Translations under genes and position numbers: made by a program
In this document: one piece after another, positions 34,381 through 49,300 of the stretch
Position numbering within the stretch: position 1 is the first letter of the stretch
Layout: each line of letters opens with the position of its first letter
Origin: Lama glama
Lineage: Eukaryota
Direction of reading: 5' to 3'
Assembly (NCBI GenBank): GCA_028534125.1
Contig: CM052843.1
Location: 22,010,001 to 22,074,000 of the forward strand
DNA: 64,000 nt
Notes under the pieces: generated by a model
Databases searched by the model: none
What the model was told of the DNA's origin: nothing
The model's input: only the letters and a program-made list of their open reading frames with translations

Positions 34381-37300
34381 CGCTGGCCCAGACGCCACAG
34401 CTTCGCGGGAGGAGCACACCACGTGCAGCCACGCAGAAGGGCTGAGGGCTGTGTGAGCACAGAGCCTCCCCGACGCGGACCCTTCCCCTGGGGGCCCCCA
34501 TCCAGGACCCAGGGAACTCGCCAGCCGAAGAGCTTCCCAAACACTGCAGGTTCTGGGATGAAAGGGGTTTTGAAATGTGTGCGTGATGATAAGTTCGTTT
34601 GTTTAATGGAGCAGTGGTGCTTCTGCCGGGCTCTGCTGCAAAGGCTTAATTATCCAAATGCCGCCATGAGTTCCCCCACAGCAGAGACAACACCAGATGA
34701 TTTAAAGATAGCATCTCCTGGCCATTTGCCTGCAGGCCCGGCCACGGGACACTTCAAAATCTACTACAGCTCCTGCCAGGCACACCCACAGTCCCGGGAC
34801 ACCAGAGCTGGGGGAGTGGAGGTGTGGGGGAGGGGCTGTGATGCAGCGGAGACCCCTCCCCCGCCGGCCCGGGGACCAGGCAGAGCCGCCAGGAGGCAAA
34901 GGGACAGGACAGACGGGGCCAAAGGAGCCTCACGTGGAGCCGGTGCCGGGAACTTGCTGCAGACCTACCAGGCTGAAAGGAAACCATTCATTTGACTGGA
35001 GAACAAGATGTACCCAGAAACCCGTCCAACCTCTTGCCGCCACCACCGGGAAAGGACGGGGCACGAGCCGGCTGGTGTGGTCCTCCCTGCTCAGACCTGA
35101 GGCCGGAGCAGGCACCAGCCTGCCCGCATTCCTCCCTCCCGCCCTGACAGCCAGGGCAGCACAAAGGGCTGCAGGCGGTTCAAAGGCTGAAAGCTGGGTG
35201 CGTGACTACTGCTCAGACGCCATGAGCTAGAAATCCCCATGGAGAGGTGATCGGGGCTGTTTTCTGTTTTCTCTCCGCATCAGCCAGAGCGAGGAGGTTT
35301 CCCGGAAGCAGGGTCTTCAAGGCTTCCGTTTCTTTGTGTCCTGTGCACACACATACGCGGGCACAGGTGCACACACGTGCACACGCACACGCCTGTCTGT
35401 CTCTTTAACAAGCAACCTGCTGGACCGGGAAGGGGCTTCCCTGCGGAAACGCGCCTCTGGACAGGTTCCCCCACCCCTCCTCCTCCATCCTGTTTCCTCT
35501 GGCTTCTCTTTCCACTTCCACCAGCACAGACAGGATATCTCCCATAAAAGTCGCAGTGAACGGTCCTCAGTCTTTCTTTAAGTGGCAAGTAGAACCTGCC
35601 CCCATCCCGAGGGAGGCACAGTCCTCCTCCACCACAGACCCCTGTGAACTGGGCTGGGACCCCCGGCTCGGTGGTGGGGGGTGTGTCCCGCAGGAGGCCC
35701 CCTGCAGCCGCGGAGAATCCCACCTGGTGAGGGTGTCCCGGCTTCAGGGCTTTGCTCTTTCTCCCGCTTGGAGACAGGGAAGGAAATCCAGGAACGTGAG
35801 GGAACTGCAGAACTCAAGGAGGCTCTGAGAGCACGTAAATCAAGCAAATAAACACACACAGTGAAAAACAAAATGAGTCAAAATACTAACAACCGACACA
35901 TCGGCTTGACTGTCAGCCCGGCCTCCGCTCCTGCCCCACCGCACAGCAGGAGCCTGGGTGTGGGGCCGCGGGGCCAGGAGCGGGGACACCGCTGCCCCAT
36001 GTGCCCAGAAGAGCTCCACCCCAGCCCCACCGGCAGCGCGGGCCCTGGTCCCCCAGCGACGGGTCTCCTCAGCATGTCCTCCGTCTGTCTCTCTGTCTCC
36101 ACGAAGGACCCAGCAGAGCAGAAGCAGGCCCTGCGGCCACGCGGGACAGGGCCTGGGTCTCCCCAGGCCTCCATGGGGACGCGGCCCCAGGCTCCGGGGG
36201 CCCAGAGCGCCGTGTGGCTGCAGCCGGACGCGGGCCCTGGACGGCGGGTGGGTGTCGCTGTGGCCTTCGTCGGAGAGGCCATCTGTGCACTCAGAGTTTG
36301 TGAAGAGGGAAGATCTCAGGTTATCGGTTCTCGTCACGATAAAGACCAGCCTGGGGAGGGGCCGCTCCCGCGGGGGCCTCCATCTGGAAGGCGCGGACCT
36401 CCCACCCCGGGGGCAGCTGGGCCAGCCTCAGCCTCAGACAGAGGACCCCATCTGCCCGGCCACACAGCTCCCGGCTCCTCCCCTGGGCCCGCAGACCCCC
36501 GGCTCCAGCTGAACTTGAGGAAGATGAGCTTGAGCCGCGAGGGCTGTTCTAGGGGAAGAATCAGCGGTTCGCGTTGGTGGGCGTGTCCCAGTGCCACCCG
36601 TGTTGTCACTGCCGCATTAGCGTGTGTTTTCTCTCACCTGTTCCGGCTCCGTCCACACCGTCTCCTTACGTTTGCCGCGTCTGTTGTTTCCCTGGGAAGG
36701 CTGTTAATTCCACGTGTGGCCGTAGTTTAAGTGCCCACACGTGCTTTTTGCTAGTCCCACTTAAAAACCACCGTTATCGAGCAAAGTCCATCGAGGGAGG
36801 CCACCGCTCCCGCTCCACGGGTGACGCCGTCAGCCGCTGTGACCCCCGGGCACCCTGGCGCCGGGCTCCGGTGCACCGTTTAGCCTGCAGTGTGTGTGCT
36901 TCGGGCTGGAGGGGAGGCTCACAGTCAGGACCCTTGCTCAGGAGTCAGACCCCAGTCCCACAAACGGGCCCCCGTCTCACCTTCCATTACAGGCACCGGG
37001 ACGTGCGTTCTCTGCACGTTCAGACCAAAGGGAGGAGCTACTGGTTTCGCAGTGGGAGGGGACTGGGAGCCTGTCTGCAGCCCGGGGACAGAGGCGTCAA
37101 GATTCTCAGTGACGGGGCTGCAGGCGGACAGTGCCGTGAACTCGTTAGCCGTGTTGATGGCGCACGTGGTGGACCTGAGGCCTCGCGGCACGGGCCATGA
37201 AGTGTGGGTACTGCGGAGCTGCTGTTCCTCGCCCTCGGGCCCCCAGGGAGGCCAGCCAGCCTGGAGAGGTCCCACCCGGTGCAACCCACGCCACTGGTGA

Positions 37301-40300
37301 AGGGACGGCCAATTCCATAAGTACAAGCAGGTCGTGCAGGGAAAAGCGGACTTACGACAGGGAGAAAGTTCCTTACTTCTCCCAAAAATGTCAGGGAGGT
37401 ATCTAATTCCCACTGTGGGCACGTGCCCAGCCGACAGGTGTGGCCAGGCGAGCCGCCGTTCCCTGTCCCTGCTCCAAGCACAGCTGGAGGGCCGTGCCCC
37501 GGGCCACTGAGAGCTCCCAAGGGCACAGCGCCCACAGCCCCAGAAGGAGTCTGTGAGGGGCCTGGCCAGGTTTATGCGGAGTCTGTGCCCCAGAGGCACG
37601 GTCCCCTGGCCTGCCCTCCAGCCGCAGTCCTGGGGGTCCACCCACTTTGTCCTAGGTGCTCACTCATTACTTATCGTCAAAACAAGTCACCCGTACGCGT
37701 GCAAACCAGCAGGGCCAGGCCTGGGGGCGTCTGCACAGGGCGCAGTCATCCTAACCGGTGGTGAGGTCGCACAGTCCGACACAGCCCTGCCGTGGGAGCG
37801 GCCGGCTGGCCCCGGAGGCACCGCTCTGGCGTTGCCAGTGACCCTCGCCTCTGTCCGCTGTGAGACAGGCGGTTCGGAGGGCAGGCCTTCTGGACTCTGT
37901 GTCTTATTCCTGTGTCAAGAGCAGCCTCAAAGGGAAGAGGCACAAGCTGGAAGAAACGGAGTCTGCACGTGCAGGCAAACTGAGATGGAAGATGTCCTCT
38001 GCAGCGTCCAGAGGGCGTGCCTCCAGGGCAAGACTGGTGTCCACTCAGACCTCCCGCCCCATCAGGGAGCGGCTAGGCCAGGAGCTCCACCTCCTGGAAC
38101 CCGGCTCTGAGCCTCCCCTTCCGGGGCAGTGAGGCTGGCTCCCAGCGTGGCCGTGCCGGTCCGTGATGTCAGCCCACACCAGGCTCCCAGAGATGCCGCA
38201 CTCCGTCTCCTCAGTCATCGCTGGTACCACGTGGTCGGGTTCCAGGCTCAGAAGGAGACTCTGCCATGAACGGCCCACTTCCCACCTTCACGGGCTGGGT
38301 GTGGACGTGGTCCGTGGAGGAGCTGTAACCATCGTGTTCTCAGGGCCTGAGAACGAGGCCACCACAGATGGCGGAGGAAGAATGAGACACAGCCGGTCCT
38401 CGAGACGCCCCAGAGCCGCTGCGCCAGCCCTCCCAGACCCGGCCTCACTTCTGGCCTTCTCTGCCATGAGACCGTGCGTTTCTTTATGGCCAGAGTTTCC
38501 TCTTACTTGCAGCTCAACAAACCTTTCCTGATTCTCGTCCTAACGCAAAGATCTTACAGATTTTAAAAGCAGAGTTCCAAGCTCACCCAAAACAGCTGTT
38601 GCGTCTTGGACGGTTTACTGGAGGCACAGGCCGCACGGAGGTCAGGGAGCAGCCTCTCTGTGACGGCTCCTCCGGCTCCGGGAGGCACAGCGGGACAGGG
38701 CCCAGGTTCCCGACAGGCTGGCAAGCGGTCCCATCTCTCACCCGTGATTGCTGGAGAGAATGTGCTTCCCCCACCCCCTTGCTTTATCTTTAACTCCATC
38801 TGAGTGCATTTTTCTAAATTAATGAAACCCCCAGTCAGAGTGGGAAACGAGACCCCCGCACTGTCCGCCGGGTGCAGATGCGCGCAGCCCCCGCCGGACG
38901 GCCTCCCCGACAGGAGCCCACCGATGAACTGGCACCAAGGCTCCACCAAGTTTAATCAGGACAGTTGATGAGGACGGCGTCACGTGGCTCATAAACTCCG
39001 ACGATTGTCTCACTCTGCTTCTAAAATGCAGCGCGGGGTTGGGGAACGTCAGGAAAGCTTCGGTACCAGAGCCCAAAAGTTCAGACCAAAACAAAAAACG
39101 TACTTTTCTTTAACGACGAAAAATACAACGTCAAGACGTATGCCAGTAAACACCCCAAGAAACACCTATTAATACAATAAAACTTTGGCGAATGCAATGA
39201 CTGCAGCGAGGGCCCATCCAGGAGAAACATTTGTAGGCTCCAGAGACACAGGAGAAGTGGGGGCGGTCTGTCCACATAAAATATGACCCCTCCAGTCCTG
39301 CCAAGGTCAGCGAGACCCGGGCAGCCGGCTCCGTCTGAAGCTGGCTTTGTGCGCTTTCTCGTTTGTGCTAGTCCCTCCCTTTCTTGTATCTCTGCCACTT
39401 CCTTTGACTTCCCTCCCATCCCCTACCTGACCCACCAGGACTCTGCCCCCAGTGCACAGTTTACGACTGTCCCGGGCTGCACACCACGCACCGAGAGAGT
39501 GGGGGGTGGGGGGACAGCGCGGCCAAGGACTCGTCCTGAATTCCTGCCTCTTAACTGGACCCCACTGTCTCTGCGTCTTCACGGCCTGACCCTCTGGTCC
39601 GGCGTCCCCTCCCCTCCTCGTCGTCCCGGATTCCCGGTTCCCTCGCAAGCTTTACAGGCTGTCATCTCTCCCTCTGCTGCACAAGGACGTTCACGGGCAG
39701 GCAACGGAGAACATGGGTTTGGCTAAAGACTAAAATCACACGCTCAGGATTGAGAACTAAAATCTGAGGCTTCCAGTGAATTAATCGGTTTTAAAATCCA
39801 CTGGCCAGTGTTAAGGGCATTGAAGGTTCAAGCCACCTCCTGATACAGCGGCCGTAGGTGCTCCCTGGGTGTGCGGCGCAGAGCACTGTGCAATGCTCAG
39901 AAATGCTGGTGCTTTTTTAAAAAACATCTTATGTAGCCATGGAAATAGGCAGAGGGTGATAAAAAGGAGATTTTTTTTAATCTTTTAATACGATGTAAAA
40001 CAGAGTCTCAAGTCAAAGGCCAGTGAGCACAGACTGGTTTCTGATTATCAAAATCCCAAAAGCAAAACCTGCAAAAGGGCAGGTCAGCGTGACGATGTGG
40101 CGCAGGGAGGCGAGGGTGTGGCTGAACCTGCGTAAACATCCTCATCACAGCTCCATTCGTCTCGTTTCCCTTCATGCATACTCTTCTGAAAAACAAAGTA
40201 TTTTCCCTGAAAACTTGCCATGCTATGAATCTCTCTTTCTCCAGAGGTCACTTATTCACACTTTGGAAAAATCCGAGTAACGTCTGTTCGAGGACTCGCT

Positions 40301-43300
40301 TTTAGAGGAGAGGAAAGTGAGGGAAGCACGAAGTAATGCTCGTCCCTAAACGCCGCCGACTCCTCAGAGTCACATCGCCAGCTGGGCAAGAAGGGCCACC
40401 GAGCCTGAGGTGAGCGTGGTCGTGTTCGACGCGGGTTTCTCTCCACACACGTTACACCCTAGATACATCGCTCCCCAGAAACAAGTCTCTGGTCGAAGAC
40501 GGCGTGCCACTTCCCCAGGCAGCGCTGCGGGCCAGCCGCGGAGTCTCGGGAAGACGTGACACCACCTCGAGCCTTGGCGGCTTCCCGGCCCCGGAGGGCT
40601 CCAGGTTCACTGACGTACGTCCCCGCACTGACCCGGCCCGCGGGGGAGGCCACAGAGACGGCAGGGCAACCTGGCGCCCGACGCCACACCTGCGTCTCTC
40701 CCACTGGCTTCTGTAAACTCAGGCTCCTTCTGGAACCTTCTAGGACCAGGAGACTGTGACCTACTGGCCACACATACAGGTCACCTGCGTTTTCTAACGT
40801 CTTCAAGGCGGGGAGTTTCTCTGCCTCGTGGCTCCAGACCAGAGGTCCCTGCCAGGCCTGTTCAGCCTGACGCCCTTCCAGCACATAATACCTGCCGACA
40901 CGCTCTTTCATTTTCCTCAAACGTTTTCAGCAGGTTTGGGCATTAATTCTGAATTCTGAGCTGTCTACACCCTCCTGATTGTAACAACCACACACTGCCC
41001 ACACAGACGGTCAGTCCATCGCTGCCGTGGGGTCTGTGCGCAGGGGTGAGGCGTCTTCCTCTGGCTGTGGGGCGTGCGCCCAGCCTGGCCCTGGGGCAGA
41101 GCCCAGGGAAGGACGGCCCAGGTTGGGGAGTGCGGGCCGGTCACGGTAGCTTCCTCGGGGGCAGGTCTCTGTCCTTGGCCGTCTGTGTTTGGGGGCCACA
41201 CGAGGTGTTACCAGTGCTCATGCCCCAGGACGGAAGGCAAGGCTTCCAGACTGAGGCGCGGGGGACGGGCTCCTCGGTCAGGAAGGGCTGGGGCAGCGAT
41301 GCCCTCCGGGGGGGAGGCAGCTCCCACAGAGGCTCCCAGTGGGACCACCGGCAGCTCCAGCAGCTTCAAGGAGCGGCAGGAGACGAGCCGGGAGGGTGAG
41401 GCAGACGCCGAGCGCTCCCTGGACGTCCTGACCCCAGTCTCTTCACACAGAAGCAGGACGTGCCGACCCCAAGACCCGGCGTCCACCCCGAACTCCTGTG
41501 TTACCCACATCCGCCCTCCTCCTTGGCGAGGGTTCCGCTTCGCTTCTTAACGGGGCGGACTTCCCTCACACAGCAGCACCATCAGCCCCGCCCAAGGCCA
41601 GTGCGCACCACCAGCTCCGTCCCCTCCGTGGCGACCTCGGCCCTGGGGCTGTAGTTCCTATGTTCGTGGAGCTTTGACTGAGACATTAAACCTAACTCGG
41701 TCCTCTTCTTCCAAAGCTGCATTAATACAGGGAAGGTTTAACAGACTGTCCAGGCAGCCGAGCCCACGAGGGTTCCCTGCAAGTGCCCCGATCGGGGACT
41801 GCTTTCCTCTGCGTTTGGGATTTTAGCAGTACTGCAGAGTCTCAGGTTTTTACGAGCACTTGAAATCTTGGATCTGACTGCGATCTGGGCTCCATGAACT
41901 CATTTCCAATGGCTGAAATGTCTACCTTCCATCTAAAATTGGGAGGTCACCAAATCGGAAGTACTGAGAGCGTGGGCATGAGGGGACAGCGAGCTGGAAA
42001 CGGCCATGAGTTACCATGGAAACTAACCAAAATGTCCCCACGTAGCCCCCTGGTCAGCAGCGCTGACGCGCCAGCAGGGCTCATGGGAAGGCGCGCCCCG
42101 CCCTCCGGCCTGGGGTGCCCGTGCGTTTGGAGACCGTGAGGCCCAGGCCTGGGTCTCAGCCCCAGACGTTTCGTCAGCCAAGGTCACGGCACCCTCCTGA
42201 GCCCGTGATCCCAGTGGACGTGCTTGTGTTGAAGTTCGTGGGGAGACTGCATTTCTCCTTCCCAGCAGGTCTAATCTGGGGCTAAAGGTGAGTGTGAAGT
42301 GAGCCCGCCCACCGCTCCCCGCTCCCCGTCCACGGTCTCTGCAGACCCCAGGCCCCAGCCCTACAACCCGGACCTGATCTCACCACCACCGACGTTTAAT
42401 AAGACGCCAGTCCCTGCGGCGTGGAGCACATGCATCAGGGGAGCGGAAGATCTGTTTTTAAAAAATCAGAGAATGTTCATCTTTCTTGGCATAAAGAATG
42501 TCTGATGTTCAATTGACTAAAAAAATTCTCAGTGTAAAATTTCATGCAGATCAGATACAATTTTCTTGTCACTGCTTTGTTTTATTTCTGGGTGTTCAAG
42601 GTCTTTTTTGCTTAGATCTTCTCCGTCGCTTCCATTCGCTGTCTTGCCCACCCGTCGCCCTAGTCCTCCGGTCTGAAGACCCCTGACACCCCCAGTGGAG
42701 TGACCAGCACCGAGCTGCAAACTGCTCTTCCATGGGGAGCATTCAGGAAACGTGGACGATGTTCTAAGAGCGTGAAGGCCTAACAGGCCTGTGAGCCCAG
42801 CATCTCTGCCCTTTTAACAAAGGTGACGAACAATCCTTTTAGACTTTACGCTGGGATTCAGTTAGGAGATTCGTCGCAGGATTGGCTGCACAGAATTTCA
42901 GAGACGCAGCGGGCGGGGCCAGCCAGGAGGAGGGAAAGCTCCTCAGCTTGTTTCCACTCGTCCACTTCTCTGCTCCCAGACCGACAGAAGGCGGGGCGGG
43001 GCCTCAGCTGCTGGCGAGATGAGGGCCTGAGCGCCCACGGTGCGTGTCCGCAGCAGGTCCCAGTCAGCGCCGAGCAAGACTAGAACCCCGAGCAGGCACC
43101 AACACCTGGGAGCAGGAAACACGGAACTTGCGTGCATGCTGTTAGAAGCTCTGCTCGCTGCGTGCGTTTAACTATGCACATAAGACCTGCATTTAACGTC
43201 TCTGGCATCTTTAAGGACGCAAGGAGGCTTCTGACCCAGAGAAAGTGAGTCATTCAGAAAAGAAGTCCTCCAGCCTGTGACCATCAAGCGGAAATGCGAC

Positions 43301-46300
43301 ACATCAGACGGCAGAGAGGAGCACACCCGTGACAGTTCTCAGCACATGTCCCCAGAGCCCCCACGCGAGACTCGGGGATCTCCCAGCCCCCCTGAGCACG
43401 TCCAGGCCCCGTGAGGAAGGAGGGCTTAGGGAGGCCAGGGCTGGAAGACGACGACGCGGTTCAAGTGCACGAGCCTCATGTGGCTGCGCTGGGCCTCCTC
43501 ACACACCCCAGGTCGCCTGCACCCCGACTGCAGCCACTGAGCAAGTCGGCACCCACAGGACACCACGGGTCCTCACCGCGAACCTCCCATGCCCACGATG
43601 TGCTGGGTGTTTGTGCAAGCTTTCTCCAAGACTGGGCCATTTTGTTATCCTTCTGTCTTCAGAACTTAATATTTGACATGAAAGTTTCTAAATGTAGGAA
43701 ATTTTATGAGGTTTTCAACTTGTGGGTGGATGACTTGTGTTATTTGAAATAGTTGTTTTGTTTTAAATTCTGTTACCCATTTTTAAGACGTGGAGGGAAA
43801 CAAGAATTCATTTTTACGGCCCTCCGGGGACAGACTCGGAGCGTCTCAGATCACATGCCACGTGCATCTGAGTGTCTCCATCCTGACCGGGCCAGTGTGG
43901 CCAGAACACGGCAGGGAAGGGGGTATCTGCCGCAGACCGTTTCCTATTTCATTGTTCACTGCCTGGGGCTGCCGCCTGGCCGCTGACAGTCGGTGGTGGG
44001 GAGAAAGCCACAGCCAGGGCACCACCTCTTCCGTCCTGGACTTGACCACAAGCCCTTACCGGGCAGGACCGGCACTGGGGGTCGTGTGGAGAGCACCACT
44101 GAGGGCGGAGGGAGCCCTGGGGTGCACTTCCTTTCTCAGTTAACAGGTACTTGGCCCTTTCCCAAATTTTGTGATTTTGTAAGAAAAGTGTGCTTTTCCA
44201 TCATCGCTAATGTAACAGTGGTGATGTCTTCAAACTGTTGAATAGTTATGCTCTCCTGGGACCCTAGGGTAAGAAAGCTGTATTTGCTCTTTTGGAAAAA
44301 ACATTGAATTGAAAATTTCCAATTCTAGTATTGGAACAGGACTCAGAAAAGCCTCATCAGGAAGACAAACAATTGAACATCTTTTGTTTTTATCTCCAAG
44401 GTGGAGCAGGTCACGGGCAGGGCTGGGTGCTCTTCCAGGACCAGCGCGGCCAAGTCTCCGGACGACGGACAGGGCCCAGAGCTGGAGCCGCGCCCGCCCA
44501 GCCGGGGCTGCACTTGCGTCTCAGGAGCTGGGGTCTCGAGCAGCTGACATGCCCCTGGGACTCGGGTGGGGCTCTGCCAGGCAGGGCGTGCCGTCCCGGG
44601 ACAGGGCCCCTTCGTTACCGAATCCCTGGCCAGTTCTCAGTTAAGTAACACACGGCTGTGTTATGTCGTAGGCCGGAGAATTATTGAAATTTAAAAGGAA
44701 ACTCTGGGAACTTGACACCCACAGTGACCCTCTGGTCAAGCACGAGGACCTGGAATCGCGTCCAGTCCCAAAGGCAGGCGTTTCTATGTGACAGAGAGGT
44801 GCCCCCCCAACAGGTGTCATCCCACCTGGAGGGAAGGGCTTGTCCACAGGCGTGTCACGGCTGGAACCATGCCCGTGGGGAACCTGCCCAGCCCACTCTC
44901 AGCGTGGCTGTTTACCAAGAAAAAATGAATTAGAAGCCATCCTTCGGGCTCCCTCCCACCACTGATGGCCAGAGGCCCTGGGACACTGCAGGATTAACGC
45001 TGGAAAAGGGGGGACGAATAATGACCAAACGAAACAGTTTAATCAGCAACTTCAACACAAGAAAAAATCGACTCAGGCATCACTTGGAACTCCGTGTGCT
45101 CCGGGCTGCTCCGCTGAGTAATGTGTGTTGTGTTTAATTTGGGAGAACATTATCATCGGCTGCAAGGAGCTGATATAAATCTGGGAGACTCAAAGATGAA
45201 ATAAAAGATTTCAAGTGTCCCTCTTGAAGAAAACTCATGAAGAATGAGCCGCAAACTTCTCAGCGCAGAACAAATTATGAAGTAAGTGGAGCGATGGTGT
45301 GTTTCCATGTGTCTGCGCCTCTTCAGTGCGGCCTGTCCAGGCTCTGCCCACAGCTAGGTCTCCTCAGGTCCCAGGCCCACAGCACTGCAGCGAAAGCCGT
45401 GCAAAGCGCAGGGGCCCGGCCAGCGCTCGGCTGCCGAGGGCTGCCACCTTCTTGCCTGTCGGCTGGTGGTTCTCACCCGTAAGTTAACAGTTAACGTGTT
45501 CTACTGGTCTGGTGCCCGTGGGTCCCTCCAGGGCTGCAGGTCCAAGAGAAGAGACAGCGGGTAGCCCTACAGGGTTGGGAGGAGGCCTGACAGGACCCCC
45601 GGGCTGCCTTGGCGTGTCCGCTTGTCTCCGAAACGAACCTGGACAGACACTTGTCGGGGACTCTGCGCTCCAGAAGGCCTCTCGCCCAATCAGGTGAGGG
45701 CGCGTTGCACTGCACTTGGTTTTCCTTTAAAACGCTTGTCGCGTGTGGCCATTCCGCCCACCCCCGGAGGGGACTTTGAACTTTACTACTGACATTTGGA
45801 GCCTCCCTGGTGGGCACGCACCACGCAGGCCACTTGGGAGAAGGGGATGTGAAATGGAAATAGAGCCTCCGGACCTCGCCACGTCCCGGGACCCACGCGG
45901 AGGCCGAGCCGTGGGAGAGGCGGCCGGACTCTGCTTCTCCCTTTCGTGGCCCTGGACTCAGCCAAGGCCGAAGGGCCGCTTTTCACAGGGACTTTCTTCC
46001 TCGGGGAGTTTGGTCCGTCCGCTGCAGCTCAGCTAAGCCCTGGTTTTGACAAAACTGAACACGAGGTCAGGGCTTGTCACCTTCCCTCGATAAGACTGAA
46101 CTCACTGGTGCAGAAGTGACGGACGTGGTGACCCTGAGCTGACACTTGTTCAAGGTCAGCACGACCCACGACTGCGGGCTGAGGAAAGGCGTTTTCCTGA
46201 CTTCAGACCCGCCCGTGACCACCAACGATGACAGCTGAGCTGGGGGACCGGCCGCTCCCCGCAGAGCATCAGGTTCGATGTGGTCTTCAACCCATCGTCA

Positions 46301-49300
46301 CTTTCTTTTTTTGATTTAAATGCCCTACAAGCTTCTTGGCACATCTTCCAGGCTCTGTTAAGCCTCCTGATCCACTGTCTTAAGAATCTTTCTTCCTCCT
46401 TCACTGTTCGGGATGTCTCTGGGGACAGCCGGCTTCTGCAGGGAAAGGGCCCATTAGTGTCTGGGGCAGGAAGGCACCAGATGCGGGTGACAGTGATGAC
46501 AGAGCAGAGGTGACTGACCCGACCAGATGCGACGGCCCTAGAAGACCCAGCCCCTCGCACAACCTGGGGGCCACGTGGGTCCCTGGGGGCCTCGGGAGCC
46601 CCTCCCCTGAGGGGGGCTGGTCCTGGAGCCCCACCGGCCCGGGTTTGCTTGTGCAGGTTCATCCCCAAAGACAGAGCGTTTGCTGGTCAGCTTCCCCGCA
46701 CGCCGCTCTCATTCAGCGAGGGGAAGCTCTCCCTCCAAGGTTGTCTGTTGGCCCAAGGTTGCTAGCCGGCTGTTTCCGGACGCCCTGCTCGTGCCCCACT
46801 GTCTCCCTGAGCCCCTGCACCAGTTTGCTCACCAGTCTTGTTTCGATGGATCATTCATTTTCTGGGTCAAAGCTAAAGCATCGCGCTCTCTCTGGGGACA
46901 CAGCCTCTTGGGGCAGCAGCCTCGCTGAGGACGGGCCGCAAAGAAGCTGGCTGTGAAAATGTTCCGCCCTCACACCTTAGTGCGTGATGCTGACTGCATT
47001 TTCCTGAACGTGCACCAGCGTCCAGTGATGTCTGGACCTCAGTCACTGGTCCTGGAGTCCCTGATGACGCTGAGCAAGCGTCACGTGCAGAGCAAGTGCC
47101 ACACCCAGTAAAGAGCTGCCCACGGGGCTGCCCATCCTGGGCCAGGGGCCCCTTCCCTGCCCCAAGGGCGCTGGGCCTGCCCTCTGGCTCCCAGGATGCC
47201 GACGGGGTGGGGGTGCGGGCCACCCGGAGGAAGGGGCTCGGGTCCCAGAAGGACATGGTTGCCGAGCCGTGGCCTGGAGTTCTCACAGCAGAGTTTTAAA
47301 CCCCTGATGGTGGGAGCTTATAATAGAAACGCTGCCAGATCTTAATTTCAGTGACGCCACTGTATTTATAAGCACCTTTTCTCCTTCCAGACACGTGTGC
47401 TCCTTGTGTGCTGCGCCGCCTTAGCTGGGTAAACGCAACAGAGGCAGCTTCTCCTTTCAGATGCTAATTGCTCCCCTCCCTCCCCAGCTGTTAGGAGAAA
47501 GCAGCCCGGGGAGGCAGGGAGGCCCTCCCGCCCCCAGTTCCGGCCTGGATGGCACCGTCTTCTTCCCCTCAGCCCTTGGGGCTGGTCCACCTGCCCATCC
47601 CTGAGAATTTTCCACAGTTATTTCTTTCAATGAGGCACCTGAGCGGTAGAGACCGGGGGTGGCAGACAACCCGTGAACCACTGGATCTGACAGGATCTGA
47701 CCGGCAGGCAGGTGCTGAGTAAACAGGGGAGAAGCTGTGCGCATCAGTGAAAGGCCGCTCAGGCTGCGACAGCTCATCTGGCCCAACAGGGGCAGGTTTC
47801 CAGGGAAACTGACTGCTCGGCAGTGATGAGGGGCGACAGGTCCCCACTCTCCTCCGCACCCTCCCAGGCTGGCCGGATGTGCAAAGGCCTGCACGCTGCG
47901 CGGGGCGGAGGCGGACAGGAAGATGCACACCGTCCTCTGGCCGGTGTCCCGGGGAGGCCGGCTCCTCCCTCTGGCTCAGGTCACGGGTCCACATCTGCAA
48001 GACGGTGCGGGGAGAGAGCCTCTCTGGGCGTGCAGCCCTCAGAGCACAGGTGCAGGGGTACCGGCGGCCTCACGGCCCAGGACTTTCCGCCAACAATGAA
48101 CCTGGCGTGGGAAGCCATACCTGGCTGCACTGCCAGCTCAGGAACTAACTCAGCTATCGTGCTCGGAGCCGTTTCTGAGCCCGCGTGCGAGGGAGCCCAG
48201 TGCAACTAAACCGAGTCCGGTCTGCACCACAGAGGGGGCCCCGAGATACTTCCGGCCCAGGGAGGGGCCGTGTCACAGGAAATGCATGGGGGGCATCCAC
48301 TTTCTGTCCCTCCTTGGGGACTGGACAACAGTGAAGGAAGGAGGGTGGGCATTCACCCATCTGCCAGGAAAACCCCAGGCCTGGCAGGCGGGTCGGCTGG
48401 GGCCTCAGAGCCAAGACCCGAGCTGGGGAGGGTTAGGGTCCGGGATCCTGCACCCAGGATCCGCGGCCCCCACGGCCAGGACACCTTCCCTCAGGCAGGA
48501 CTGTCCCTGCAGCCGGAGCCATCTAATTTAAGCCCATGTTTTGCAACTGGTCTATATTTGAGTAGTTGATTTCACATGACCCTTGAGGACAGGAAGCAAA
48601 TGCTATGATTTTAAAGAACTGTTTGGCCATCAACCCATGAAGAGTAACAGTCCTAAGACTTTTTAAGTCCAGGGAAAAAACACTCAGAAATGTGATGTTA
48701 AAAGGTTTATGTCCCTTGGCCCTGTGGTCTGCCGGCCTTCGCTGTGGAGGACGGAGGAGAGGAGCAAAGACTTCAAGCTGCCTGAGTGAACAAATAATAG
48801 AAAAACCCCACAGACTCTCTTCTCAAGAGCAAGGTGACATGATGAGCAAGCACCTCACTTCCAACTGGGACACATTCTCCCTTGGAGGAAAACAGAAAAC
48901 ACTTCGCAAACAGTCAAATCGGAAGCTAATATAATCACTGTGCTGAATGTGAGAAAAATTAAAGGAATGGAGCAAATGGTAGTTCTTTCCCATGAAAACA
49001 CTGCCGCCACCTAACCGGGCGGACCTAGGGCGCAGGGGTGCTGTGGGGGCCGCTCCCCCCGGGGGGGGCCTCTGCGTCAGGAACAACCCCATCTGGCACC
49101 CGAGACAGGCGGACCCTGAGTGACGGCGGCCCCACAGGACTATCTCGGGTGAAGGCTGCCCATTTCTAGACACCCTGACTGCAAACCCACGTTACACCAG
49201 CTCTGTCTGCACTGGAGCCAAACAAGAAACTGAGGCAATGACCCGGCCCCGCTCCAGCCCACGGAAAGCCACCCGAGGCGCCGGGGAGCGTCCCCACTGT

